From: a virus
Taxonomy: Duplodnaviria > Caudoviricetes
Length of the DNA: 42,158 bases
Reading direction: 5' to 3' (one strand)
Virus record (IMG/VR): IMGVR_UViG_3300033493_000003
Location: 1-42,158 of that record
The notes below the pieces were generated by a model that was not told the DNA's origin, did not search any database, and was given only the letters and a program-made list of their open reading frames with translations. The stretch's first letter is position 1. The number at the start of each line of letters is the position of its first letter. The position numbers were made by a program, and so were the translations under genes. Below are positions 1-7,656 of this stretch, in pieces.

Positions 1-151
1 CCGCCCCCCGCCTACATGTGACAGCGGAACAGGCCGGCATAATGCTGTCCGCATACCACTACGGCAACAGCACGGCCCGTAACCGCGCCCTGGAGCGTGG
101 GGGGTACATCATTAACGGCCAGCTGACGGACAAGGGGCGCACGTACGCCGA
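1..151 (+). repeat. Terminal direct repeat / circular assembly overlap (copy 1)
   Basis: 1-151 equals 42008-42158 except one mismatch (C25 vs A42032). Confidence 0.95.
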
Positions 152-187
152 GCGCCATCTGCTCACTGGGCTACAGGAGGACAATAG

Positions 188-859
188 ATGAACCCGACAC
201 CAAGAGCGCGTAAAGCCCTACACACCCTGGGGATCAGAGAGCTGGTATTGAATAACACGGTGGTAGAGTACCCGATGGCGATGGGGAGGTGCTGCCTAAT
301 CGAGCCACACTACTCACCCCCGGAACATCCTGATGTACTATTTACCGCCTCGGCGCTGGGGCTGGCCGCCCCATACCCTCTGATTATTGAGGCCCCCCAG
401 ACCGTGCCCTCACTGTATAAAAACATGGCCTGGGTACGTAAATCGGGGCTGTCTGTCGAGCGTATCACTGACCACCTATGGACCAACGGCCATATGGTGG
501 TTTCCGGCCCCCTCCCGGGGGATGGGCTATCGCAGCGTCGATTGACTGAGTTTACGCCACCAGCTGACGCTGCCCCGGTCGACCCGCCCGATCCGGTTGC
601 GCTCAGGGTGTCACCGGACCTGCTATGCTACCGGATCGGCGGGTTGTTGGTGCAAACTAGGTACGTAGATTTTCTACTGTCGAATATCCGTACTGGATGT
701 GCGGTATCATACCAGACAACCCTGATGATGGTATTTATTTACGCCGATGAGAAGTTTGTAGGTGCTGTTATGAAGGTAAACGATGAAGGGCGTGGCGCGG
801 AACTAGAGCCACACAAACCACCGAAACAAAACGCAAAGGGGGTATTACCGTGGATATAA
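188..859 (+). CDS. Hypothetical phage protein
   Basis: 223-aa ORF, AGGAGG upstream, coupled to the junction-spanning gene. Confidence 0.7.
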   Translation: MNPTPRARKALHTLGIRELVLNNTVVEYPMAMGRCCLIEPHYSPPEHPDVLFTASALGLAAPYPLIIEAPQTVPSLYKNMAWVRKSGLSVERITDHLWTNGHMVVSGPLPGDGLSQRRLTEFTPPADAAPVDPPDPVALRVSPDLLCYRIGGLLVQTRYVDFLLSNIRTGCAVSYQTTLMMVFIYADEKFVGAVMKVNDEGRGAELEPHKPPKQNAKGVLPWI

Positions 860-1081
860 CCGCAATGATTGACGAGTTGACTTGCCATCTGCAAACAGAC
901 ATTCCGTCGATGCCGACCTGCGTTTGACGGCCCACACTCCACGCTGATAATCAGAGTCTGCATGGAGTGTGGCCGGGTTCAAGGCGTAAAAGACGGTCAG
1001 GGGGCGGCTGGTGGACCGTCACACGGAATATGCCCGAGTTGCCTACCGTCTGTGCTCTCCAGAATCGACCGCGCACAGTAA
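850..1081 (+). pseudogene. Possibly frameshifted small zinc-finger protein (CxxC...SHGICxxC)
   Basis: GTG850 after AAAGGGGG gives MDITAMIDEL; after skipping A880 the frame 881-1081 gives LAICKQTF...RVCMECGRVQGVKDG...SHGICPSCL. Confidence 0.35.
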
Positions 1082-1191
1082 CTGCTCGCTCCTAACCGCC
1101 GGTCGAGTTTACCGCAATACGCAATCAATGGTAGCTCACCGGCGGTGCATATCACCCGTGCCTCGTTACAATCTGCGCATCTGATTTTCAT
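997..1191 (-). CDS. Small Cys-containing hypothetical protein
   Basis: ATGA overlap with the primase stop; CxxC at N-terminus. Confidence 0.5.
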   Translation of the reverse strand: MKIRCADCNEARVICTAGELPLIAYCGKLDRRLGASSYCARSILESTDGRQLGHIPCDGPPAAP

Positions 1192-3494
1192 ACTCCCTCC
1201 GTTTTTTGGCTGTCTGTATACGCCCTCACGATTGCCGGGGCCCCAGTTATACCAATCGCCGTATGCCCTGCTGTCGTATAGAGCACCGGTTTACCCCCGT
1301 CCTCTGGCACTATATTGTTCGCCCGCCCACCGGGTAACCCCGGGTGTGGCAGATACCCAAGCGATTTCAGGATTTCGCGCCGCAGGTTACGGGGTATGCG
1401 CCCCCCCTCTAGCCTCTGGTTGATCAGGTGATCTAGGGCGAGTGAACTTACCCAACCACCCCGGAAGCCATGACGTCCTTCGGCTATTGCCTCCTCGATC
1501 TCCTGTTCTAGCCCCCCTCGTGACAGCCGGATTGCCTCTCCGGTGCTGGTGGTTACCGGTGCCCGGTACATGAGCTGAGTCCGAAACTCCGGGGTGATTG
1601 GTCGAGTTGCCAGATACTCAGCCGCAACAGCGAACCCCTCGGCCCGCGCCCAGTCCCACAGCTCGGCGAAATACCGTCCGGTCATCCCATCTCGGGCCAG
1701 GTCAGATAACTCCTGTTGGGCGGTGTAAAAAATGCAGTACCGGCGGTCTTTGCCGGCCACCCGCACGGCGTTTTTGTGGTTCGAAAACATCAGGAAGTTT
1801 GCCCTGTTATCCCCTGTTAGCTGATTAGCCCCTTTTCCCTGGATCTCAATTTTTTCGTTGGTGATTAGTGGTTTCAGGGCCTCAATCACCTCCGCGCGAT
1901 CAGCAACGTAGATCTCCTCCACGATGATAAACAATTTGCCTAGAACCCAGGCGTTAAATTTGTTGCCTAGGTCTGAGGCGTTGGGAGTGTGGCTGTAGCG
2001 CCAACCAACCGCGTGGGCCACGCACGCCCCCAGGAACGTTTTGCCATTGCCCTGGACCCCCTGAACTAACGGGGTCCATTGGAATTTCCTTCCCGCCATC
2101 TGCACACAGGCCGCCAGGTATTGCAGGAGGGTTTCCCGATCTACCGGGTCTGGTATCAGTTTGGCCGCCAGCTCCAAGAATCTCCCAGGGTCCCCCCTCC
2201 GGCGGGCTACGGCCACGGGGACATATGTATTAACGAGAGGTGACCCCTCCTCAATGACCACCGTCGCCGGGGGCAACTCGGGCCTAAAGCATGTTCCATG
2301 CGCTCGGGGGAATGCGTATCCTTGGCTCTCGGTCAGGGCCTCCCAGGCGTTTCGGGTTGTCTTTGACCCCTCGGTGTCGAGCGCGTAGACATAACCCCCA
2401 AACATCGCCCGGAACTGCTCGGGTTTGAGCATCCCCCCATCTGGGACAAAGACCCGGTGGGCGTCCCTGACGTATACGCACCCCCGGAATAGGTCTACCT
2501 GCTGGCTGACCGTAAGTAGCTGATACCCTGACCGATGGTTCGGGTCAGCACCCCCTGGTTGCGGGGGGCTGTCTAACGACGCCGGCGGGTCCGGCCGCTT
2601 GCCCTGCTGTAGTACCGATGTTGACCGCCGTACCGCCCCGAGAATCGACCGGCGGCGGTAATCTCCACGGTCAGCCCACTTGTCACGCATGAGCCCGGAC
2701 TGTCGGAATAACCGGTCTATCCTCTCGCAGTCTCGACCCGTCCACCACGCAAGGTGGGCGATCAGCGCGGCGTCTGCCGATGACCGGTCATAGATGTCAC
2801 CGCTGGTGCTGGGGTAGGCCCTGGACAGGGCCGACACGTCGCCGGCCCATAGGTCAGCGATGGACGCCCTGCCTCCGAACATGGACGCCGCCCCGGTACT
2901 GCGGAGCATACGGCGTAATAGCTCGGCGTCGTCGGTCGGTCCTGACCACTCAGGACACGGGCCATCTGTCCACTCGACGGAGTCTGCGGCCGTGGGGGCG
3001 TCCGGGATCAGGTATTGAGACACCAGACCCCCTAGATCCGCTAGGTGACCGGCGTCCCCTTGCGCATGGCTGCCGGTGAGAGCCACGTACCGGCCAGAGG
3101 TGTACAGCTCCAGCCCCAGGGCCGTATTTTTACAACGGTGCGGCGGGGGGTTGTGGCAGATCCCAAAAATATGCAGCCCCCGGCCCGAGCGGCTCACCTC
3201 GACATAGCACCCGGCGAACTGCCTACATACCTGGGACGCCAGGTCCGACCACCGCTCGCCGTCCCACGCCCCGTCGATATCGATGAAAAAGAACGGATCA
3301 GCAGCGGTGAATACAAAGCCCACGCCGTGGCCTGTAGCATCCGCAAGCATTTTAGCCGTCTCGTAATCCATCCAATTTGCCGGGTCGTGTGGGTCTCCTG
3401 GGGCTAATGTGTGCGGGGACAGGGGCCGCTTGGCTTGGTCGTGGATGATGAATTGCGCGTAGGGCAGGAATGCTTCGGGGGCGGGTATCATCAT
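1188..3494 (-). CDS. NrS-1-like primase-polymerase fused to SF3 (DUF5906/D5-type) helicase
   Basis: Prim-pol motifs FIDIDG, EVSRSGRGLHIF, LELYTSGRY; helical bundle DRSSADAALIAHLAWWTG...LFRQSGLMRDKW; Walker A GVQGNGKT. Confidence 0.9.
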   Translation of the reverse strand: MMIPAPEAFLPYAQFIIHDQAKRPLSPHTLAPGDPHDPANWMDYETAKMLADATGHGVGFVFTAADPFFFIDIDGAWDGERWSDLASQVCRQFAGCYVEVSRSGRGLHIFGICHNPPPHRCKNTALGLELYTSGRYVALTGSHAQGDAGHLADLGGLVSQYLIPDAPTAADSVEWTDGPCPEWSGPTDDAELLRRMLRSTGAASMFGGRASIADLWAGDVSALSRAYPSTSGDIYDRSSADAALIAHLAWWTGRDCERIDRLFRQSGLMRDKWADRGDYRRRSILGAVRRSTSVLQQGKRPDPPASLDSPPQPGGADPNHRSGYQLLTVSQQVDLFRGCVYVRDAHRVFVPDGGMLKPEQFRAMFGGYVYALDTEGSKTTRNAWEALTESQGYAFPRAHGTCFRPELPPATVVIEEGSPLVNTYVPVAVARRRGDPGRFLELAAKLIPDPVDRETLLQYLAACVQMAGRKFQWTPLVQGVQGNGKTFLGACVAHAVGWRYSHTPNASDLGNKFNAWVLGKLFIIVEEIYVADRAEVIEALKPLITNEKIEIQGKGANQLTGDNRANFLMFSNHKNAVRVAGKDRRYCIFYTAQQELSDLARDGMTGRYFAELWDWARAEGFAVAAEYLATRPITPEFRTQLMYRAPVTTSTGEAIRLSRGGLEQEIEEAIAEGRHGFRGGWVSSLALDHLINQRLEGGRIPRNLRREILKSLGYLPHPGLPGGRANNIVPEDGGKPVLYTTAGHTAIGITGAPAIVRAYTDSQKTEGV

Positions 3495-3811
3495 AATTCC
3501 TCACGTACCAAATACTCCGCCGCCCGCTTTCGCAGCTCCAGTGGGGCGGCGAGAGCGTCTATGTGCCCCTCGGCCAGCCCCTCGGCCACTACCGGCAGGA
3601 TCCCCCTACGGACTGCAGCCCGCATGGTTTTATCCCGTAGCTCGCCCATCGTCACAAAATACGCATTGACTAGCCCCGGGGAGCAACCGGCGGCTTCAGC
3701 CAGATCGCACCTGGTGACCCGCCTATACCCCCTCTCGACCGCCAGCTCTAGCGCCACCTCCAGTAACTGCCGCCGCCGGTCTGTCGGCTCCATCCGTCTT
3801 ATATCGGCCAT
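3491..3811 (-). CDS. TetR-like HTH DNA-binding protein
   Basis: RRRQLLEVALELAVERGYRRVTRCDLAEAAGCSPGLVNAYF is a TetR N-terminal HTH pattern; start re-called at ATG 3811. Confidence 0.8.
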   Translation of the reverse strand: MADIRRMEPTDRRRQLLEVALELAVERGYRRVTRCDLAEAAGCSPGLVNAYFVTMGELRDKTMRAAVRRGILPVVAEGLAEGHIDALAAPLELRKRAAEYLVREEL

Positions 3812-4179
3812 ATGATCCCCCCGTCTGGTCTGTTTGTAAATCCGCCAACGCCGCCCATTGACCGCACCAACTCTATCCACGCCAGTTGCGCGAGCTCCCG
3901 CTCCATCCCCCGCCACACCCACCCCGGCGGTTTGACCTCGATGGATGTGAACACCCCGACCACCCGGCCAACATCATCTGGCATAACCACAACGGGGGTG
4001 ATTCCTATCAGGTCCGACGATTTTATTTGCTGGTTAACCGTTTTAGATTCATTCGCCAGCCCGAACCGGATTGGCCGGCCTTGCGGGCCGGGCAGGGAGC
4101 CGACGTTGTTTCTCCACAGTCTGGCCCCCTGTTGGCTGGCGGCCTGCTGGATCTGTCGGTATAAATCGGACTCCCTCAT
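3799..4179 (-). CDS. VRR-NUC domain nuclease (putative Holliday junction resolvase)
   Basis: MRESDL...LWRNNVG...SSDLIG...FTSIEVK...QLAWIELVRSMGGVGGF; ATG 4179 overlaps upstream stop. Confidence 0.85.
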   Translation of the reverse strand: MRESDLYRQIQQAASQQGARLWRNNVGSLPGPQGRPIRFGLANESKTVNQQIKSSDLIGITPVVVMPDDVGRVVGVFTSIEVKPPGWVWRGMERELAQLAWIELVRSMGGVGGFTNRPDGGIIWPI

Positions 4180-4481
4180 TCTACAGCCCTCAATCTCGGT
4201 AACGCCTTTCGTAATCCGGCGAGTATCTGCGACCAACCAGCCCTAGATTTCCACTCTTTCCCGTCGACCACAACCCCATAGCAGTCTAACCGGTCGGTGC
4301 GATGCAACACAAATTCATGCCGCTCAACCTTGCCGCTGTCGTAGTCCTCGACAACGATACGCCGGCGCAGTTCCGGAAGTTCTGGAGGATAATCGGGAAC
4401 TGGTCCAGCAAGTCGCTTGCGCTCCTTGGCGCCCCGCATCCTTGCGCACTTTTCGGCGTATTTACTGGTCTTGCGATACAT
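4176..4481 (-). CDS. Hypothetical phage protein, possibly a former cassette gene
   Basis: 101-aa ORF with ATGA coupling; starts just beside the attC half-site at 4496-4519. Confidence 0.7.
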   Translation of the reverse strand: MYRKTSKYAEKCARMRGAKERKRLAGPVPDYPPELPELRRRIVVEDYDSGKVERHEFVLHRTDRLDCYGVVVDGKEWKSRAGWSQILAGLRKALPRLRAVE

Positions 4482-4495
4482 TTGCTACCTTGCAA

Positions 4496-4519
4496 GGTCG
4501 AGATAATCTATTGTTAGCA
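4496..4519 (+). mobile_element. attC: attC right-arm remnant; R' GTTAGCA starts cassette 1
   Basis: GGTCGAGATAATCTATT-GTTAGCA resembles the right arm of attC3 (GGTCGAGTTACCCTTATC-GTT); GTTAGCA is the reverse complement of R'' at 4876. Confidence 0.55.
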
Positions 4520-4520
4520 A

Positions 4521-4859
4521 TCAAACACACTCAACGTCAAACCGGCGGCTGTCCAATTGCACCGTAAAAATCCACTTTTCAGGAGCGTCGACGTCCATTG
4601 GGTCTTGCCCTTTCCGCTCAATGACAATTTTGTCGTTTGACACCAGACCTTTTATAATAGGGTCTTCAAGAAGACGCAAAGGAGCTTCTTCGACAATTAC
4701 ACAAGCAGGGCTTTTCTCCAACGCAGAGCCAAGCTCAAACCTCGATTTTAACGAATGGTAGTTTAGAAACACGTAGCTCCCGACGGCTTTGGCCGCAGCT
4801 ATTGCTTTTGTGGTTTTCCCTGATCCTTGTCCGCCGATAATAACTAATGCTTTGCTCAT
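4521..4859 (-). CDS. Small stand-alone P-loop NTPase (SF3/DUF5906-like), cassette 1, antisense
   Basis: Walker A GGQGSGKT, hydrophobic-EE Walker B (CVIVEE), KGLVSNDKIVIERKGQD; GGAGG SD. Confidence 0.75.
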   Translation of the reverse strand: MSKALVIIGGQGSGKTTKAIAAAKAVGSYVFLNYHSLKSRFELGSALEKSPACVIVEEAPLRLLEDPIIKGLVSNDKIVIERKGQDPMDVDAPEKWIFTVQLDSRRFDVECV

Positions 4860-4875
4860 TATAGCCTCCAATACG

Positions 4876-4965
4876 TGCTAACAAGGCGCTTCAGTGGAAC
4901 GCCGGGAAGCACCCGTTTTTTGTTGTTATTTCAGTGGCGGCGTCCACTGAGCTTGGTCGTTGGGC
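4876..4965 (+). mobile_element. attC: attC1
   Basis: TGCTAAC-AAGGC-GCT(T)CAGTGGA(A)CGCCG...CGGCGTCCACTGAGC-TTGGTC-GTTGGGC; 5/6-nt spacers, extra bases on left arm. Confidence 0.92.
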
Positions 4966-4982
4966 GGTAAAGGAGAAACCCC

Positions 4983-5483
4983 GTGGATATAAGTCTCATA
5001 CAAGGAACCATCGCTAGCCTTAAGTTTGCTGGTGATATCGCAAAGAGCATTTTTGATCTGAAGATTACCGGAGAGGTCCAGGGGAAAATTGTAGAGCTTC
5101 AAAACACTCTTATGTCTGCTCAAAATAGCGTACTTTCCGCTTATACGGAGCAAGCGTCTATGGTTGAGGAGATACGCACACTTAAAGAAGAAATGGCTCG
5201 CATAAAAAAATGGGAAGAAGAGAAAAAACGTTATGCCTTGGTAAGCCCCTGGAGAAGCTTCTCTACTTTTGCGCTGAAAAAAGAGTGCAGTCTTTCCGAG
5301 CCACCCCATTTGATATGCCAAAAATGCTACGAGGATGGGAGAAAGTCGATCCTCAACCCGAAAAAAGAAAGGGATAATCAACGTTTCCATTTGTATTGTC
5401 CAGTTTGTAAATCTGAAATTCATAATATCCAACCGGCTCTTCCTTCTCCTAAATATGCAGAAGAATATTCAACAGGGGTATAA
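4983..5483 (+). CDS. Coiled-coil plus zinc-ribbon hypothetical protein, cassette 2, canonical orientation
   Basis: AAGGAG just after the GTT core; CQKC...CPVC; AT-rich. Confidence 0.8.
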   Translation: MDISLIQGTIASLKFAGDIAKSIFDLKITGEVQGKIVELQNTLMSAQNSVLSAYTEQASMVEEIRTLKEEMARIKKWEEEKKRYALVSPWRSFSTFALKKECSLSEPPHLICQKCYEDGRKSILNPKKERDNQRFHLYCPVCKSEIHNIQPALPSPKYAEEYSTGV

Positions 5484-5485
5484 AC

Positions 5486-5803
5486 ATGAAAATACTAACG
5501 GCCATGGTATCGTTCGCAGGAGAAAATGGAATTTACCACTCTGACGCTATCGAAAAAGACGGAAAAATCTGGCTAGTCCCGGACTGGATCGGAGACGCAA
5601 GCACACCAAAGAAATGGCCAATCCGATTAATCGGCATTTCGGGAGTGAAGCATCAAAAGTCAATCGGTTCTCCCCTTGGAGACATAATTGTAAACGTTCC
5701 AATCTCCAGAGCTGTATATGAGGGCCGCGTCCCACCGACAAAAGAATCTGGTCTTGTGGTCGAGGAGCAAGACATTCCAGTCTCTTCAGGCCAGGCACAG
5801 TAA
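5486..5803 (+). CDS. Hypothetical protein, second gene of cassette 2
   Basis: 105-aa ORF 2 nt after previous stop, ends before attC2. Confidence 0.7.
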   Translation: MKILTAMVSFAGENGIYHSDAIEKDGKIWLVPDWIGDASTPKKWPIRLIGISGVKHQKSIGSPLGDIIVNVPISRAVYEGRVPPTKESGLVVEEQDIPVSSGQAQ

Positions 5804-6119
5804 TATGTTCCATAAAGTTCCCCTTAAATAAAACTACATGCCCAACAATTGGGTCAACCAGACGGCGGGGAGCACCCCGGCGTTTCGTCTGGTTCAGTGG
5901 CCGCCGCTGCCTACTCGGTGTCTCTCCAAGATCGACACGCCGCCCGTACAAATCAAGCCATGCAAAGGCGATGGGTGGCGGTCTCCTGGAGTTCCCCTTT
6001 CCCTCTTCCGTCTCCCACGCCTGCCAGGTGGTGCGCGGTGTCCCGGTCAGGCGGCAACAATCGGCGATAGTAAGACCCGCAACTTCACGCGCCTCCCTCA
6101 GATTTTGTGCTGTTTTCAT
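5547..6119 (-). CDS. Xre/HTH regulator, cassette 3; ~68-aa HTH with read-through tail
   Basis: LREAREVAGLTIADCCRLTGTPRTTWQAWE...RRPP HTH pattern; C-terminal ~120 aa translates attC2 and the antisense of 5486-5803. Confidence 0.7.
   Translation of the reverse strand: MKTAQNLREAREVAGLTIADCCRLTGTPRTTWQAWETEEGKGNSRRPPPIAFAWLDLYGRRVDLGETPSRQRRPLNQTKRRGAPRRLVDPIVGHVVLFKGNFMEHITVPGLKRLECLAPRPQDQILLSVGRGPHIQLWRLERLQLCLQGENRLTFDASLPKCRLIGLAISLVCLRLRSSPGLARFFRLFR
5840..5920 (+). mobile_element. attC: attC2, damaged (R' box lost)
   Basis: R'' GCCCAAC matches cassette start GTTGGGC (4959); left arm nearly identical to attC7; right arm decays to GCTGCCTACTCGG with no GTT core. Confidence 0.75.
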
Positions 6120-6283
6120 ATGGTAAACAGCACAAAATCAATTGCCGCTTTGTTGCTGGTCGAAAACATCTCAGGAGCTTCTATCGTCCAACCCCTTTCA
6201 TAACGCACAAGATAAAAATTTTCTTGATGCCGTTTACCCATGTGTAATTCCCGACAGCTCGATTTCACTTGATTTAATGTCAT
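6116..6283 (-). CDS. 55-aa hypothetical protein, cassette 3 (MTLNQVKSSCRELHMGKRHQENFYLVRYERGWTIEAPEMFSTSNKAAIDFVLFTI)
   Basis: GGGGAG SD; ATGA overlap with HTH gene; below ORF-track cutoff. Confidence 0.65.
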   Translation of the reverse strand: MTLNQVKSSCRELHMGKRHQENFYLVRYERGWTIEAPEMFSTSNKAAIDFVLFTI

Positions 6284-6332
6284 GGTCTCTCCCCTGTTTT
6301 TGGTTTGGGGTTATTCCCTCCCCGTTAAGACC

Positions 6333-6380
6333 ATTATTACACACATTGAGTTAATGCACAAGAAAATAATGCACACATTG
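6333..6380 (-). promoter_or_regulatory. Cassette-3 promoter with direct-repeat operator candidate
   Basis: TTGTGC (6361-6356) then TAATAA/AATAAT at 16-17 nt; CACACATTG repeated at 6340-6348 and 6372-6380. Confidence 0.55.
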
Positions 6381-6407
6381 TGTTTTTTTTTGCAATTTGG
6401 GGCCGAT

Positions 6408-6498
6408 CCATAACCAGCGGGTCAACTCGACCGCGTATACCTGCTGATTTTGAATCTGGTAGTTAGGTGGCGCGGTCGAGTTACCCTTATCGTTAGCA
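6408..6498 (+). mobile_element. attC: attC3
   Basis: CCATAAC-CAGCG-GGT(C)AACTCGACCGCG...CGCGGTCGAGTTACC-CTTATC-GTTAGCA. Confidence 0.92.
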
Positions 6499-6499
6499 C

Positions 6500-6661
6500 T
6501 CACTCTGCATCAAGGTCATCTTCTATTTTTTCAATGCCCTTTGCAGTGTTTTCTAAAAGGCCGTCTTCGCCATTCATAATTTTAACTGGTGCCTTTACCG
6601 CATCAACCGCCACCCTGATTGGCATGGACACAACATCAACAAGCGCGTCAAAAAGTCCCAT
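6500..6661 (-). CDS. 53-aa hypothetical protein, cassette 4 (MGLFDALVDVVSMPIRVAVDAVKAPVKIMNGEDGLLENTAKGIEKIEDDLDAE)
   Basis: GGAGG SD; fills the cassette between GTTAGCA and TGCTAAC. Confidence 0.75.
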   Translation of the reverse strand: MGLFDALVDVVSMPIRVAVDAVKAPVKIMNGEDGLLENTAKGIEKIEDDLDAE

Positions 6662-6677
6662 TTTTACCTCCAATACG

Positions 6678-6770
6678 TGCTAACAAGGCGCTTCAGTGGA
6701 ACGCCGGGAAGCACCCGTTTTTTGTTGTTATTTCAGTGGCGGCGTCCACTGAGCTTGGTCGTTGTTATGT
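6678..6770 (+). mobile_element. attC: attC4 (identical to attC1; extra GTT at junction)
   Basis: 6667-6764 identical to 4865-4962; ends GTC-GTT-GTTATGT. Confidence 0.92.
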
Positions 6771-6953
6771 TTCTAGGGTTTCTAATATATCATCAATAAG
6801 GTCTTCAATTACTGAAATTCGGCCCTCTATATGCCCGAGTGCGTACCCGCCATAGTAGGTGTATTCGCGCTCGTGCCCCACGTGTTTCGTTTTTAATTCT
6901 TCACGCTGCTTTTTAAGCCTCGTGATTCGGCGCTGAAGTTTTTCTAGGTTCAT
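6765..6953 (-). CDS. Hypothetical phage protein, cassette 5
   Basis: 62 aa, GGAGG SD; stop TAA is the TTA of the GTTATGT core. Confidence 0.75.
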   Translation of the reverse strand: MNLEKLQRRITRLKKQREELKTKHVGHEREYTYYGGYALGHIEGRISVIEDLIDDILETLET

Positions 6954-6967
6954 AATCCCTCCAAATC

Positions 6968-7053
6968 ACATAACAACCGAATTAACCCGAGCGCGGTCAG
7001 CTCGGTTGTCCCAATTAAGTTTTTAGCGCGCCGGGTTATCCGGAGCGTTAGCC
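6968..7053 (+). mobile_element. attC: attC5
   Basis: ACATAAC-AACCG-AAT(T)AACCCG(A)GCGCG...GCGCGCCGGGTTATC-CGGAGC-GTTAGCC. Confidence 0.9.
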
Positions 7054-7097
7054 TTCCAAGCGACAATCGCTCAGGGGCTTCAAAACAGTTTGGCAAA

Positions 7098-7262
7098 TTA
7101 TTCCTTCGGGAGCAGAAATCTTGTTCTGCCATCGTAGTAATTCCAGCAGGCATACCCAACAACAAAAGGGATTGACAACCAACCGAACTGAAACCCAAAG
7201 AACATGCCAGTGGCAAAATTTATAACCCAGTCTGTTACACATCTTTTTTTGTATGGAGACAT
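7098..7262 (-). CDS. 54-aa putative membrane protein, cassette 6 (MSPYKKRCVTDWVINFATGMFFGFQFGWLSIPFVVGYACWNYYDGRTRFLLPKE)
   Basis: ATG with AAAGGA SD; hydrophobic core; preferred over the TTG-start ORF 7048-7269. Confidence 0.55.
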   Translation of the reverse strand: MSPYKKRCVTDWVINFATGMFFGFQFGWLSIPFVVGYACWNYYDGRTRFLLPKE

Positions 7263-7276
7263 AATTCAATCCTTTC

Positions 7277-7367
7277 GGCTAACAAGCGCATACACACGGA
7301 ACGCCGGAACGTTCCGATTTTTATCTACTATTTCAGTGGCGGCGTCCGGTGATGCTAGACGTTATAA
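7277..7367 (+). mobile_element. attC: attC6
   Basis: GGCTAAC-AAGCG-CAT(A)CAC(A)CGGA(A)CGCCG...CGGCGTCCGGTGATG-CTAGAC-GTTATAA. Confidence 0.9.
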
Positions 7368-7377
7368 ACCTGCCGAC

Positions 7378-7629
7378 CTACACGGCTTCGTAGGTGGCAG
7401 CAAAAATGTCAGGCTTGCAGGGGTAGAACTCCCCAGCGATACCTTTAATGATGAAATCTCCAACCCCTGCGGCATGGTCACCTTCTAAAGTGTGAATAAT
7501 CAGTCCAGGTCTAAGCCCGAAATTTTGACTCCTGGCTTGCTCTCCAGTGAAAGCCAAAACTTCTGCGCTGTTGTCTCCTGTGAACTGTATGGCTTCAATA
7601 ACAACGGGCTTCTTTCTAAATTTTGCCAC
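7378..7629 (-). CDS. Conserved phage protein (PGDYG-like), cassette 7
   Basis: FRKKPVVIEAIQF...IHTLEG...GDFIIKGIAGEFYPCKPDIFAATYE; AAGGAG SD. Confidence 0.85.
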   Translation of the reverse strand: MAKFRKKPVVIEAIQFTGDNSAEVLAFTGEQARSQNFGLRPGLIIHTLEGDHAAGVGDFIIKGIAGEFYPCKPDIFAATYEAV

Positions 7630-7656
7630 TTTCGTAATCTCCTTATAGGGTTTGGT

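Noticed and set aside
1-151. Biological T7-like direct terminal repeat
   Set aside because: Read-length sized and cuts through an ORF, so more likely an assembly overlap
4926-5432. Minus-strand 168-aa ORF in cassette 2
   Set aside because: Antisense to a gene with a strong SD and zinc-ribbon motifs; runs into attC1
6950-7269. ORFs 6950-7216 and 7048-7269
   Set aside because: Non-ATG starts without well-spaced SD; the ATG frame 7098-7262 is more plausible, though 7048-7269 does stop in the core TAA and is not fully excluded
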